A DNA stretch of 64,000 nt from Macrostomum lignano. Its lineage: Eukaryota. Under the pieces are notes generated by a model that was not told where the DNA came from, ran no database searches, and worked only from the letters and a program-made list of their open reading frames with translations. The position numbers were made by a program, and so were the translations under genes. The stretch is from the NCBI GenBank assembly GCA_002269645.1, contig NIVC01000421.1, positions 186,001 through 250,000 of the forward strand. Reading direction: 5' to 3'. Every line of letters begins with the position of its first letter. Positions within the stretch are counted from its first letter, which is position 1. Below are positions 11,470 through 23,967 of the stretch, piece after piece.

Positions 11470-12390
11470 TGTGGCGCCAATCTTGGATTTAAATTTGGCG
11501 CCAAACTTGGATTTAAATTTGGCGCCAAGCTTAGATATGAATTTGGCTTAGATTTGAATTCCTAAGGTTTGGCGCCAAACTTAGAGATTACTGTGGCGCC
11601 AAACCTGTGAGATGAATGTGGCGCTAAACTTGGGAAATAAAAGTGGCGCCAAACCTAGGAGATGAATGTGGCGCCAAACTTAGGAAATAAAAGTGGCGCC
11701 AAACTTGGAGATTAATGTGGCGCCAAACCTGGGAGATGAATATGGCGCCAAACTTAGTAGATAAAAGTGGCGCCAAACCTAGAACTGGCGCCAAACTTAG
11801 GAAATAAAAGTGGCGCTAAACCTGGGAGATGAATGTGGCGCCAAACTTAGGAAATAAAAGTGGCGCCAAACCTGGGAGATGAATGTGGCGCTAAACTTAG
11901 GAAATAAAAGTGGCGCCAAACCTGGGAGATGAATGTGGCGCCAAACTTAGGAAATAAAAGTGGCGCCAAACCTAGAACTGGCGCCAAACTTAGGAAATAA
12001 AAGTGGCGCCAAACCTGGGAGATGAATGTGGCGCCAAACCTGGGAGATGAATGTGGCGCCAAACTTAAGAAATAAAAGTGGCGCCAAACCTGGGAGATGA
12101 ATGTGGCGCCAAACTTAGGAAATAAAAGTGGCGCCAAACCTGGGAGATGAATGTGGCGCCAAACTTAGGAAATAAAAGTGGCGCCAAACCTGGGAGATGA
12201 ATGTGGCGCCAAACTTAGGAAATAAAAGTGGCGCCAAACCTGGGAGATGAATTTGGCGCCAAACTTAGGAAATAAAAGTGGCGCCAAACCTGGGAGATGA
12301 ATGTGGCGCCAAACCTGGGAGATGAATGTGGTGACAAAACAGGGAGAAGTGTCGCCAAACTTAGAGCTTGGAGAATGTGGCGCCAAAGCC
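11470..12390. repeat. 25-bp GGCGCC-centred minisatellite with two alternating variants
   Basis: GTGGCGCCAAAC followed by either TTAGGAAATAAAA or CTGGGAGATGAAT. Confidence 0.93.
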
Positions 12391-12418
12391 TGGAACAAAA
12401 TTAGACACAAGAACGCAC

Positions 12419-12696
12419 CTGCAGTTTGAGCGCAGACCTGGCCCAGCACCGCACGGGGCAGTACAGGCACGGCAGGTAGATGGCCACATCTGGGTGCTCG
12501 TCTTGAGCGTGCAGACTCGCTCCGCCCATGGTGATGAAGTTCGCCGCGCAGACTGGGCATTTGTGACCGGCCGGAGTTGGTCCCGTTGCTAATAGCAACG
12601 AGGAATGGGTGGCGGCCAAGTGCTGTGGCTGTGCCCGGTCTCCATGACTGCTGCCATTGCCAGCAACCGATGTAGAGGCTGCTGAGTCTCGTTTGC
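12419..12696 (-). CDS. ZNF800: ZNF800-like, exon 4/5 (C2H2 fingers)
   Basis: CCCAG| phase 1 and CAG|GTGCGT phase 0; CPVCAANFITMGGASLHAQDEH and CLYCPVRCWARSALKLQ. Confidence 0.8.
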
Positions 12697-12744
12697 CTGG
12701 GAGTATCAACGAATGTTTGAAAGGATAAACTATGTAAGATTTCA

Positions 12745-13480
12745 TTCTGGGAAAATGTCAGAAATTATTTTTCGAAAATAGCAGTAGTTCTAAGAAATGT
12801 CGGAATGATTTTTTGAAAAAAGCAAAAGCGTTTCTAAGAAAATGTCAGAAATTATTTTTTGAATAGGAGCGTTTCTAAGAAAATTTCGAGAACGATTCTC
12901 TGAAAAGAGCAGGGCTGTTTCTAAGAAAATGTCTGAAAATATTTTTTTAAATAACAGTAGCGTTTCTAAAATATAATAAATGATTTTTTGAAAACAGCAG
13001 GAATGTTTCTAAGAAAATGTCTGAAGTGATGTTTCGAAAATAGCAAAAGCGTTTCTAAGAAAATGTTAGAATTTTTTTGAAAATAGCAGGAGTAGTTCTA
13101 AGAAAATTTCAGAAATAATTTCTTAAAAATAGCAGGAGTGTTTCTAAGAAAATGTCAGAAGTGATGTTTCAAAAACAGCAATAGCAGGAGTGTTTCTAAG
13201 AAAATGTCAGAAATTTTTTCTTGAAAATAGCAGGAGTGTTTCTAAGAAAATGTCAGAAGTGATGTTTCAAAAATAGCAATAGCAGGAGTGTTTCTAAGAA
13301 AATGTCAGAAATTTTTTCTTGAAAATAGCAGGAGTGTTTCTAAGAAAATGTCAGAAATGATTTCTTGAGAGTAGCAGGAGCATTTCTAAGAAAATATGTC
13401 AGGAATGAATTTTTTAACTAGGCGTTTCTAAGAAAATGTCGGAAATGATTTTTTGAAAATAGCACGTGTTTCTAAGAAAT
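12745..13480. repeat. Degenerate 45-55-bp repeat (GTTTCTAAGAAAATGTCAGAA...AAAATAGCAGGAG)
   Basis: The TTCTAAGAA core recurs about 14 times. Confidence 0.85.
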
Positions 13481-13534
13481 TTGATGATCAAACAGCGATT
13501 CTCTAAGAGTGCAGTTCAAGTTGTCTTTACTAAC

Positions 13535-13784
13535 CGACACTGTGCGTCAGGCGTCGTCCAGAGCGCGAGCGTTTCGAGCCGCCAAAGAAGGCCGATCTGG
13601 CATGCCGGCGCGGTGGCATTTTGCAGCGCTTTTTAGCCTGAGAGCAGCTCGAATCGCTAATTTTGTTGTTATTATTGTTGTTATTGTTATTGTGGTGATT
13701 GACGTTACTTCCGGCGGAAGTCGGATCCGACAGTCTGACCCGATGATGCACACGTTCGCGCTCTCGCTGCTCGGCTAGTTTCAT
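13535..13784 (-). CDS. ZNF800: ZNF800-like, exon 3/5 (Asn-rich, basic linker)
   Basis: TTTCACAG| phase 0 and G|GTTAGT phase 1; phases fit both neighbours. Confidence 0.7.
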
Positions 13785-13923
13785 CTGTGAAATTTTGATT
13801 TGTTTTAACTTAAAGAAAACATTTTTATAGTTGGCTTTTGCCGGTTATGTCTCCAAGCCTTGGTACTAGATCATTTGTCTTACATTTTGCTACATCCTGC
13901 ATTTTAGTCCTAATACTCGTAAT

Positions 13924-14166
13924 CATACATGCGCAACACACGGCCGAGCTGGCCGGCGAGGGGGCCCTATCCTAGGTAAGTCGCAAAAATGCCAACCCAA
14001 AATATAGACAAAGTACTAATGAGATGACGAAGCATTTTGTCTTAATAATACAGTCATAGTTACTCCTGTAAGTGTTCGTAAAATTTCGTAAGTGTTTTTT
14101 TACAGGTAATTCGCATTTTAGGTCAAAAAACCGCACGGCCAGTGTAAATCAGGTGTTGCATGTATG
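13924..14166 (+). mobile_element. About 250-bp MITE-like family, copy 2
   Basis: Ends CATACATGCGCAACAC ... GTGTTGCATGTATG are inverted; homologous to 8287-8548. Confidence 0.72.
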
Positions 14167-14535
14167 TTCGTTATATTAAATATAGTTCTACAGCCAGCCA
14201 GTGCTTGTTGATCACATAGTTCGTTCATTGTTTTTATCGGTTACTGTTTTTTCTAATATTATTTTTCAAAGCATTTTTTGCTGACGAGTACTCAGCCGGG
14301 TTTTTTGGAAGGACATATACCCAATTATTGATTATCTATCAACTATGAGTATTGAGCAGCCAGTGCTAGTAGTGACATCCAGCTACTCTTTAGTTTTGTC
14401 GGTCAATAACGAATCGACCTTAAGCTTAGTCGTTTTGGTCCCAGATTTATCGCTTGCTGTTTTTTTTCTTTGCGACTTAGCGTCAAAAAACGCGCACTCG
14501 TGAAAGAAAGCGGCGACACAAGCAACTGTGCTCAC

Positions 14536-15266
14536 TTTCAACAACAAATCGTTAGGAATTCTAGCGGTCTCAGGCGTTACACCGTGCCGCATTCGCAGAT
14601 GCACCAAACAATCCGTGCTGGTTGGAAACACCAGCCTACAAGCTGGACAATGACGAGCAGCCTTGGTGCTGCGCTGAGACGAATGCAACCATTCAAGATG
14701 AGTCTCCAGATGAAGCAGGCTCGGCAGCTGCAGAGAGCACAGACAGCAGACTAGACGCTTCACATCGCAGTCAGTTCGTTTACCCAGCCTCCTATAAGCT
14801 TCATCGTCAAATTCTGGAGCAGCGGAAGCGCTGTCGGAATTTTCTGCTGCATTGTTATCTTCATCGGTGGCGGCTGATGGGAGACAGGCCTTCCTTCTGG
14901 TCTCCATGCGGACGTAACCGACTGGATCACGGGGTTGAACAACAACTATGGGAGATGACGGCGGCTCCTGGACCTGATGCTGCTGGTGGTGCGGCGGCGG
15001 GGCTGAAGACGGCCGAGCAACCTCCTCCGTTAGCGCTGCTGGCAGCTTTAAATGCATCGTTATCGGTGCTTCCTTCGATCCCGACTGTTTTATCTGCTTT
15101 TCGTCTCGGCTTAACGTCTCTTGATGCTTTTGCAGCATCTGCTGCTGCATTCCCAGACTGTCCTTGAAGTCTTTGCCACTCTCGTTGCAGAGTCTGCTGC
15201 AAAAGTCTACAAAGCCTCTGCAGGTTCTTTGTTGAGTTATTGAAGTCTCAGACTGAGTTGCCATTG

Positions 15267-15297
<31 letters not shown>

Positions 15298-15369
15298 AGG
15301 TTGCTGGTGACAAAACTGACGCCTGTGACAGATGAAGTTTGGCAAGCCCCGGAACAGACTTCGGCAGTC
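14536..15369 (-). CDS. ZNF800: ZNF800-like, exon 2/5
   Basis: TTCCAG| phase 0: [20 protein letters not shown] matches the ZNF800 N-terminal finger as I recall it ([23 protein letters not shown]); two further C2H2 fingers; donor AAA|GTGAGC. Confidence 0.85.
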
Positions 15370-15451
15370 CTGGAAGAATCAGAAAGAGGTTAAAATTAAA
15401 AAAAAAATAAATACCTAAAAATATACATATTGCAGCTCAATTGATACTTAC

Positions 15452-15592
15452 ACTGCACTCCAGAATAATATTGCAACCACTAGATAAGTAGTGCTGGATT
15501 TCTTCAGTGCCATCAATTAGTGCTGAAATCACCTGTTGTAGTAGTGGCTTCTCTGCATTTATTGGAGGCAATATTTGGGATGTGTCTTCCAT
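15452..15592 (-). CDS. ZNF800: ZNF800-like, coding exon 1/5
   Basis: MEDTSQILPP...QQVISALIDGTEEIQHYLSSGCNIILECS, donor AGT|GTAAGT, 82-nt intron; full join 1806 nt = 601 aa. Confidence 0.82.
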
Positions 15593-17754
15593 TTTAGGAC
15601 TGAAAATTATAGAATTTGATTGAAGAACTCTATTAGTTATAATAGTTGATTACAATAAATATAATAGACTTAGTAAAAAAACAATGAAGCTTATGTCTAT
15701 AAAATACTTCCCTAAATTAGAAATAACTATATTTTTTAAACAAAAAACAGACTACCAATTGTTTGTTCTTAATAATACAAAGCTATTTTCAATTATATAA
15801 AATAAATAATTTAATTCTAAATATAGAAATTTTAACCAAAATATAAAATAAAATTTCTATTTAGAATTTTAAGTTGATTAATATATATATGATTAGAAAA
15901 AGCATATTAAACTTGATAAGCATAGTTAGGCTTATAATAGGGCTTAGGGCTAGGCTTATTTTAATTTAAAATAAGGCATAGGTCAGTTAAACTTAATTAT
16001 TAATTAATAATAATATATCAGTATCAAAATTGCATTTGAAATAGTATATAAATCTATTCAAAAGCTTCAAAAGCTTAAAGTTTAAATATATTTAAATTTA
16101 TGACTAAATACTATGCCTATGGAATAGTATAAAAACTTAGCTTATTTATTTTATATCTATAATTTAAACTATACAATATAGATAAATAATTTATTTTCTA
16201 TGAATTTTGATAAAAGTTTAGTTAGGTCTATTAGAGTTAAACCCATAATTACTATTGTGCACTTACATTTAAAAGGCAAAGAAAGGCCTTGTAGGCCTAC
16301 TCATTTAATTTTGCAGCCTCCTCTAAGTCTAGAATTTGTCAACTAAAACAAAAAGATACAATTCACACTTGCAAGTGGTGCCAGTTATCTTAAATTAAAT
16401 ATCAACAGTAAAAAGTTCTAACCTGTGCTCCATTTTTACTAAGAAAGTGAAAATTTTGATTATTGTTGTATTTGACATTATGTCATATATGATTATTAAG
16501 CACGAACATTATAAAAATGGCTACCAAAGATTAGGCCATGCAGTTATACATAATGATATGTCAATGTCACACATGCATAGGCCCCTAGGCTGATTATTAT
16601 ATAACGCAAGTATAACTAATTAATAGTAGGCCTAATCTTAGCAACATTAGTACGCCAAATAAGTAATTTATTTACGCGCTGTTAAAAAGCATTTAAAGTT
16701 AGCCACTAGGCTACACATTTTCGTAAGAAAATTCACAATGCAAGATAGATATTGATTTATGATTACGTCGTATACTTCGATTTAACTATTCAACTAATAG
16801 AAAAAGTAGCTCGTTTCACTACAATAGAAAGCTTTCTTGATGCATAACTACCTAATTTATACTTATGAAGCAACAGACAAACAGTTAATTCCTATTGAAG
16901 CTCTTGCCGGTAACAGATTTGTTTTTTGAGCTGTATGCGCAAATACAAGCGGCAGCGTTTCAAAAATCTAGTCAAGACGTGGATCAATATAAACTTCTAC
17001 ATTAGACCTGAACGAAGTTTGATCAAAAAGGAGCTCGAAAAGAGCCCTAATTAAAAAACTGAAGGAGTGGGTTTTATAGATCAATAGCCACTAAAGTCTC
17101 GCCACAACGCCAACAGCAGACCGTGCTAGTTGTTGAAAAATTGTGTAAAAAGCCAGCGTCGGCAAAAAAGCAAGGTCCCCAACTTGGTAGTTTATATATG
17201 AACCTTGGTAATTCATAACATCCAATCATAGCAAATGAACATACTGTAATACTACTTATAGTGTTAAACATTTACGCATCTAAGAATTTTTCGAGAGCTC
17301 ATGACTTCGAGTTAAAATTAATTCATTAATTTACTTGAGCATGAGATATTGAGTGGTACATTCTATGCTTGATTTTCTTAGCTTAAAGTAAGTTTGTGAA
17401 TCAGGTAGCCAAAGTACACTGTCGGAGAAGGATATAAGCTAGTAGGGTTTAAGCACGGCTGGGTTGAACTAGCTGAACATCCTGGCAGGTGGGAAATTCC
17501 TAAAGATGGAAGATTTTTTAGATGGAAGACTCTTTACAATAGGAGATTCTAGAATCCAGAATTCAAGAAAATTCTTTCATTTACTGGAAAATGAACAGAT
17601 TCTTGAAAATGGGGATCGGCTCCAATTAATTGTCCCGATCTTGTCGACGAGAATCGATTCTTAAAAATCGGGCTCACTCAAACAGGATAGATTGAGGGAT
17701 TATTGAATCTTGAATTATCGAATTAATAATAATATTGAATTATTATTGAATTGA

Positions 17755-18415
17755 GTGCAGCCCACCGAGCTACTGTACTGCTGCGCTAGTCCATACGGGG
17801 TAACGCCAGAGACCGAAAGGCTCATCTAAACAGAGCTTCCGCGTTGTCAGCAGTTCGTCTAACCTCGGCGGTCTGGTTCCTGGCGTTCCGGCGCCGCGGG
17901 CTTGCCTAGACTGCCTTTCGTTCTGTGAGGGCAGTCCTGCAATCCGAGGCCATACCTGGACCGCTAGAGGGCGGCGTTGTTCCAGGCGGTGATCGAGACC
18001 GTCCTGCTGTACAACGCCGATACATGGACGCTGACGGAGTCGCTCGAGCAACAAGTTGACGCGGCGCACGCTGGCCTGCTGCGCGCTGCCTCCAAGATCG
18101 GCTACGAGCGAGTGACCAACGCGGCTTTGTATCACCGCGCCGGCCTGGTCCGTCCAAGCGACCTGTTGCGCCGTCGGCGACTCCAGCTGGCAGGCCACAT
18201 CATCCGCGCCGAGTCGTACCCGGCGACTCGGGTGCAGGAGGTGCAGGAGGTGCTGCTGCTAACGCTGCAGGAACCCTACCGGCGGGGGCAGGCGCGCACT
18301 CGGCGTTTCGTCGACTGCCTACTGGCTGACGCCGGCGCCCCGGATTCGGCCGGCGGCGTGGCGTTCGTTCGCGACCTGGCTTTGAGGCGCGAACTGTGAC
18401 GCTGAACGCGTATTC

Positions 18416-18449
<34 letters not shown>

Positions 18450-18450
18450 G
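17755..18450 (+). mobile_element. 5'-truncated, decayed non-LTR retrotransposon 3' end (RTE-like) with (TTG)n tail
   Basis: Frameshifted LPRCQQFV(Y)LGG, then LLYNADTWTL...LLR...VTN...RRRRLQLAGHIIR; stop at 18399 followed by about 12 TTG units. Confidence 0.82.
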
Positions 18451-19019
18451 AAGATAATAGACTCTTGACGTCTTGGTGAGATTCCAGATTACTCAATCCT
18501 AACAATTCAGGTTAATTTCATTCACACCAAATTGTTTAATTGAGCCCTGTAGTACGAGCCAAAGAGTTTGTTGCGTAATAAAGCCATATGCAACTTTTTA
18601 TTGGCAAACCGTACGAGTTGCCGCAGTGGCACCAGCAGCTGTACTTCACGAGTTTAAAAAAATTAGCATGCATTATGTTACTCTGTAGTATTAATTATAT
18701 ATAGTTGTGTAGTGAGACTTGTCGGGGACAAAACAAGGCGCAGCAGACACGCTCCAATCAGCGGTCTGCAGCCCCCAAAACAGGAACAGAAACTATAAAA
18801 AGTCAGCGAATAGAATATGGTCGAGTTGCTTTAGAATAATCAGAACGTTTGTGACTGACCGCGTCTTCTAAACTTCATTAGAAGCCTTTTGAAATTACTG
18901 CAGCGACTAAACTGTACTTCAGTCCTTTCAATGCATGTATTGCATAAGGGATTAAAGTACTTTTTTATAGACTAAAATACAGTAAACATTGAATTTCATT
19001 AGATGAAGAAAAGCTTTCC

Positions 19020-19776
<757 letters not shown>

Positions 19777-20020
19777 CTTATCTCTTGTGTTATCGCGTTT
19801 ATCATCAAAATCTTGTGGTCAGAATTCTGAAAGCAGCATGTCTTATATGCAGCTCTCATTGGTTGGAAGCGATCTCACAGCACTTCCACCAATAATTGGA
19901 AGCCAGCAGACCCAGCATCTCTTCTTCATCCATTCCCAGTCACTAAGGCCGTTATTTAAATAGTATTCTTTAAAAAGTCATTCCACTAAAGCAAATAAAT
20001 CAATCCATCTAGGCGTAAAA

Positions 20021-20196
20021 ATGTCTCAAATATCAATAGTTGTTTTGAGATTTCTTCTTTTAGTAGCAGCCATATGGTCGGCAGTATTTCTGACAATTGC
20101 TAGCGGAACTAAATCTGGTGGCGGAGTTCTGATGCAATTGAACTCCGGGCAAGGCGACTTTGCACCTGGCTTTCACCCCATCGACTCGCTGGGCAG
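20021..20196 (+). CDS. Rdl: RDL-like GABA-gated chloride channel, exon 1 (signal peptide)
   Basis: MSQISIVVLRFLLLVAAIWSAVFLTIASG...; donor AG|GTAATT, phase 2. Confidence 0.65.
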
Positions 20197-20299
20197 GTAA
20201 TTAACGTCAGCTTCATTAGTGCAATAAAGCTTCAATATCTCGAATATCAACTTTAAAAAAATTACCATGCAGTATTCACATTGCCCATGTCTTTAACTT

Positions 20300-20450
20300 A
20301 CTGTGTCACTCTCTCTTGGTACTCTGTCTCTCAATTACTGTTTCACTCTCTCTCTCTCTCTCTCTCTCTTGGCACTCTGTCTCTCATTTAATGTGTCACT
20401 CTCTCTTTCTCTCTCTCTCTGGTCACTCTGTCTCTCATTTACTGTGTCAC

Positions 20451-20498
<48 letters not shown>

Positions 20499-20625
20499 CA
20501 CTCTGTCTCTCAAATACTGTGTCACTCTCTCTTGGCACTCTGTCTCTTAATTACTGTGTCACTCTCAATTACTGTGTCACTCTCAATTACTGTGTCACTC
20601 TCAATTACTGTGTCATTCTCTCTGT
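20300..20625. repeat. CT-rich/CTGTGTCACTCTC degenerate repeat
   Basis: Direct. Confidence 0.85.
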
Positions 20626-20688
20626 CTTGACTCTCTCTAAGCAGCCTCTCAATCGCTCAGCAGTACCACAACAAACCCTGCATTGCAG

Positions 20689-20807
20689 ACAGCACTCGGA
20701 GAGCAAGCTTCTTGACACCAATGAGTCGATTACCCTGACTGCTATCTTAGATGACCTGCTCTCCAAATATGATAAACGAATTCGTCCCGGTTATATTAAC
20801 GCTAAAA
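20689..20807 (+). CDS. Rdl: RDL-like channel, exon 2
   Basis: TTGCAG| phase 2; ITLTAILDDLLSKYDKRIRPG is the Cys-loop N-terminal helix motif; donor A|GTAAGA. Confidence 0.88.
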
Positions 20808-20874
20808 GTAAGAGGTCTCTAGCTCTGCTTGAGAGGCTGTGAGTTTAGCCTTCGTTTTTATTTGAGAACCTGTG

Positions 20875-21730
20875 ATGATCTGTTTATGTGATTAGATCCG
20901 ATCTGTTTATGTGATTAGATCCGATCTGTTTATGTGATTAGATCCGATCTGTTTGTGTGATTAGATCCGATCTGTTTATGTGATTAGATCCGATTTGTTT
21001 ATGTGATTAGATCCGATCTGTTTATGTGATTAGATCCGATCTGTTTGTGTGATTAGATCCGATCTGTTTATGTGATTAGATCCGATCTGTTTATGTGATT
21101 AGATCCGATCTGTTTATGTGATTAGACCGCATCTGTTTATGTGATTAGATCCGATCTGTTTGTGTGATTAGACCGCATCTGTTTATGTGATTAGATCCGA
21201 TCTGTTTATGTGATTAGATCCGATCTGTTTATGTGATTAGATCCGATTTGTTTATGTGATTAGACCGCATCTGTTTATGTGATTAGATCCGATCTGTTTA
21301 TGTGATTAGATCCGATCTGTTTATGTGATTAGATCCGATTTGTTTATGTGATTAGACCGCATCTGTTTGTGTGATTAGATCCGATCTGTTTGTGTGATTA
21401 GACCGAATCCGTTTGTGTGATTAGATCTCATCTGTTTGTGTGATTAGATTAGATTTGTTTGTGTGATTAGATTAGATTTGTTTATGTGATTAGATCTCAT
21501 CTGTTTATATGATTAGATCTCATCTGTTTATGTGATTAGATCCGATTTGTTTATATGATTAGATCTCATCTGTTTATGTGATTAGATCTCATCTGTTTAT
21601 ATGATTAGATCTCATCTGTTTATGTGATTAGATCTCATCAGTTTATGTGATTAGATCCGATCTGTTTATGTGATTAGATCCGATTTGTTTATGTGATTAG
21701 ATTTGCTTATGTGATTAGATCCGATCTGTT
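20875..21730. repeat. 23-bp minisatellite (GATCTGTTTATGTGATTAGATCC)n
   Basis: Direct. Confidence 0.95.
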
Positions 21731-22864
21731 TAACGTATTCGAGAGGACCTCAAGCGTATGTTTCGCATCCCTTGAATTCTACTATTGAAATGTAGAGAGC
21801 GAAAATCAGTTCAATTAACGAGAAATGTGTAGTTTAAATGCAAATTTTTGTAATCTGTTTTCCTTAAAGCAAAGATTTTTTAAGCTGACTTCGAAAGTAA
21901 CGTTTGTAGACAGGAAAACCAAACGAAATAATTAATGGAACCGAAATAAAATATTTTGTGATTAAACAGTATACCATGGGTGCCATTGTTGGTGACTACA
22001 GAAAACTAGAGGTATTTTAGGATATGAATAAACAAAACACTATGCAATTGACACACGGGAGATGTTATACACTATAATGAATGCTGTAAAGGTTGAGATT
22101 AGATTCGGTAAAATAAGATACACAATGATATTATGAGATTATGGGCAAATGCGATAGCTCGTATGGGGTGGTATTAAGTTTACCAGCTTTAGCACCAGGG
22201 GCTTTAGCACCAGGGGCTTTAGCACCAGGGGCGTCATATACTTTTCCCAGCCATTAGGGGGGGGGGGGGTCACCGCCTTGCCCACCTGTGGCTATGCCCC
22301 CAGAAATAAGTGCACACCAGGAAAACATGGGCCTATAAAATGCAAAACTCAATTCATGGAAACTTAGAGATAAATTGGCCCATATTGCAAGGTTTCTACT
22401 TAAAAAAAAGCAGATAGTTTGAGCAGAATCAAGATGACGTTATAGAATAATAACACTGGCATGAAAGAGTTGCACTATATACAAGTGCATCTCGCTTTGA
22501 GCTAAAAAGTTGTGACACATGCCTCCACTGCATGTACGCGGTGAGTAGCTCCGTTCCCCATCGTTGCCCTGGAAGCCACGGCTCAACAGCCACTCTACCT
22601 TCTCGCTAGTCGCTATCCCATTCTGCCATTTCTGATTGTCATCCCTGCAGAGGCGGTGCTGCAACTGCATAAACCAAGGAGTTCTAAATCCTAGCGATCT
22701 ACTAATAGTGTCTGGGTATTCAGAAAATGAGCACCATGTCCTTAAAGAATGGTTTCATAGTTCCAATTTGGGAGATAATTCTGATATGTACTGCACGGAA
22801 GTCGATGTTTAAGTAAAATTTTAATGACCTAAAAAATTAAAATTTTAAGAATTTTAGGAAATTT

Positions 22865-23253
22865 TAAGAAAGAGAGATAGAAAGAGAGAGAAAGAGAGAG
22901 AAAGAGAGAAAAAAAGAGAAAGAGAGGGAGAGAGAGAGAGAGAGAGAAAAAGAGAGAAAGAGAGGGAGAGAGAGAGAGAGAGAGAGAAAGAGAAAAAGAG
23001 AAAAAGAGAGAGAGAGAAAGAGAGAGAAAGAGAGAAAAGGAGAGAGTGAGAAAGAGAGAAAGAGAGAGAAAGAGAGAGAGTGAGAAAGAGAGAGAAAGAG
23101 AGAGAGTGAGAAAGAGAGAGAAAGAGAGAAAGTGAGAAAGAGAGAGAAAGAGAGAGAGTAAGAAAGAGAGAGAAAGAGAGAGAAAGAGAGAGAGTGAGAA
23201 AGAGAGAGAAAGAGAGAGAAAGAGAGAGAGTGAGAAAGAGAGAGAAAGAGAGG

Positions 23254-23284
<31 letters not shown>

Positions 23285-23543
23285 AAAGAGAAAAAGAGAG
23301 AGAGAGAAAGAGAGAGAAAGAGAGAAAAGGAGAGAGTGAGAAAGAGAGAAAGAGAGAGAAAGAGAGAGAGTGAGAAAGAGAGAGAAAAAGAGAGAGTGAG
23401 AAAGAGAGAGAAAGAGAGAAAGTGAGAAAGAGAGAGAAAGAGAGAGAGTAAGAAAGAGAGAGAAAGAGAGAGAAAGAGAGAGAGTGAGAAAGAGAGAGAA
23501 AGAGAGAGAAAGAGAGAGAGTGAGAAAGAGAGAGAAAGAGAGG

Positions 23544-23576
<33 letters not shown>

Positions 23577-23927
23577 AAAGAGAAAAAGAGAGAGAGAAAG
23601 AGAGAGAAAGAGAGAAAAGGAGAGAGTGAGAAAGAGAGAAAGAGAGAGAAAGAGAGAGAGTGAGAAAGAGAGAGAAAAAGAGAGAGTGAGAAAGAGAGAG
23701 AAAGAGAGAAAGTGAGAAAGAGAGAGAAAGAGAGAGAGTGAGAAAGAGAGAGAAAGAGAGAGAAAGAGAGAGAGTGAGAAAGAGAGAGAAAGAGAGAGAA
23801 AGAGAGAGAGTGAGAAAGAGAGAGAAAGAGAGAGAAAGAGAGAGAAAGAGAGAAAGAGAGAAAGTGAGAAATAGAGAGAAAGTGAGAAATAGAGAGAAAG
23901 TGAGAAAGAGAGAAAGGAAAGAGAGAA

Positions 23928-23967
<40 letters not shown>

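Noticed and set aside
11470-12390. CRISPR-like repeat-spacer appearance
   Set aside because: Only two recurring spacer types, no unique spacers, no cas genes, and eukaryotic intronic context.
22440-22670. 76-aa minus-strand ORF in Rdl intron 2
   Set aside because: No recognisable motif or splice support.
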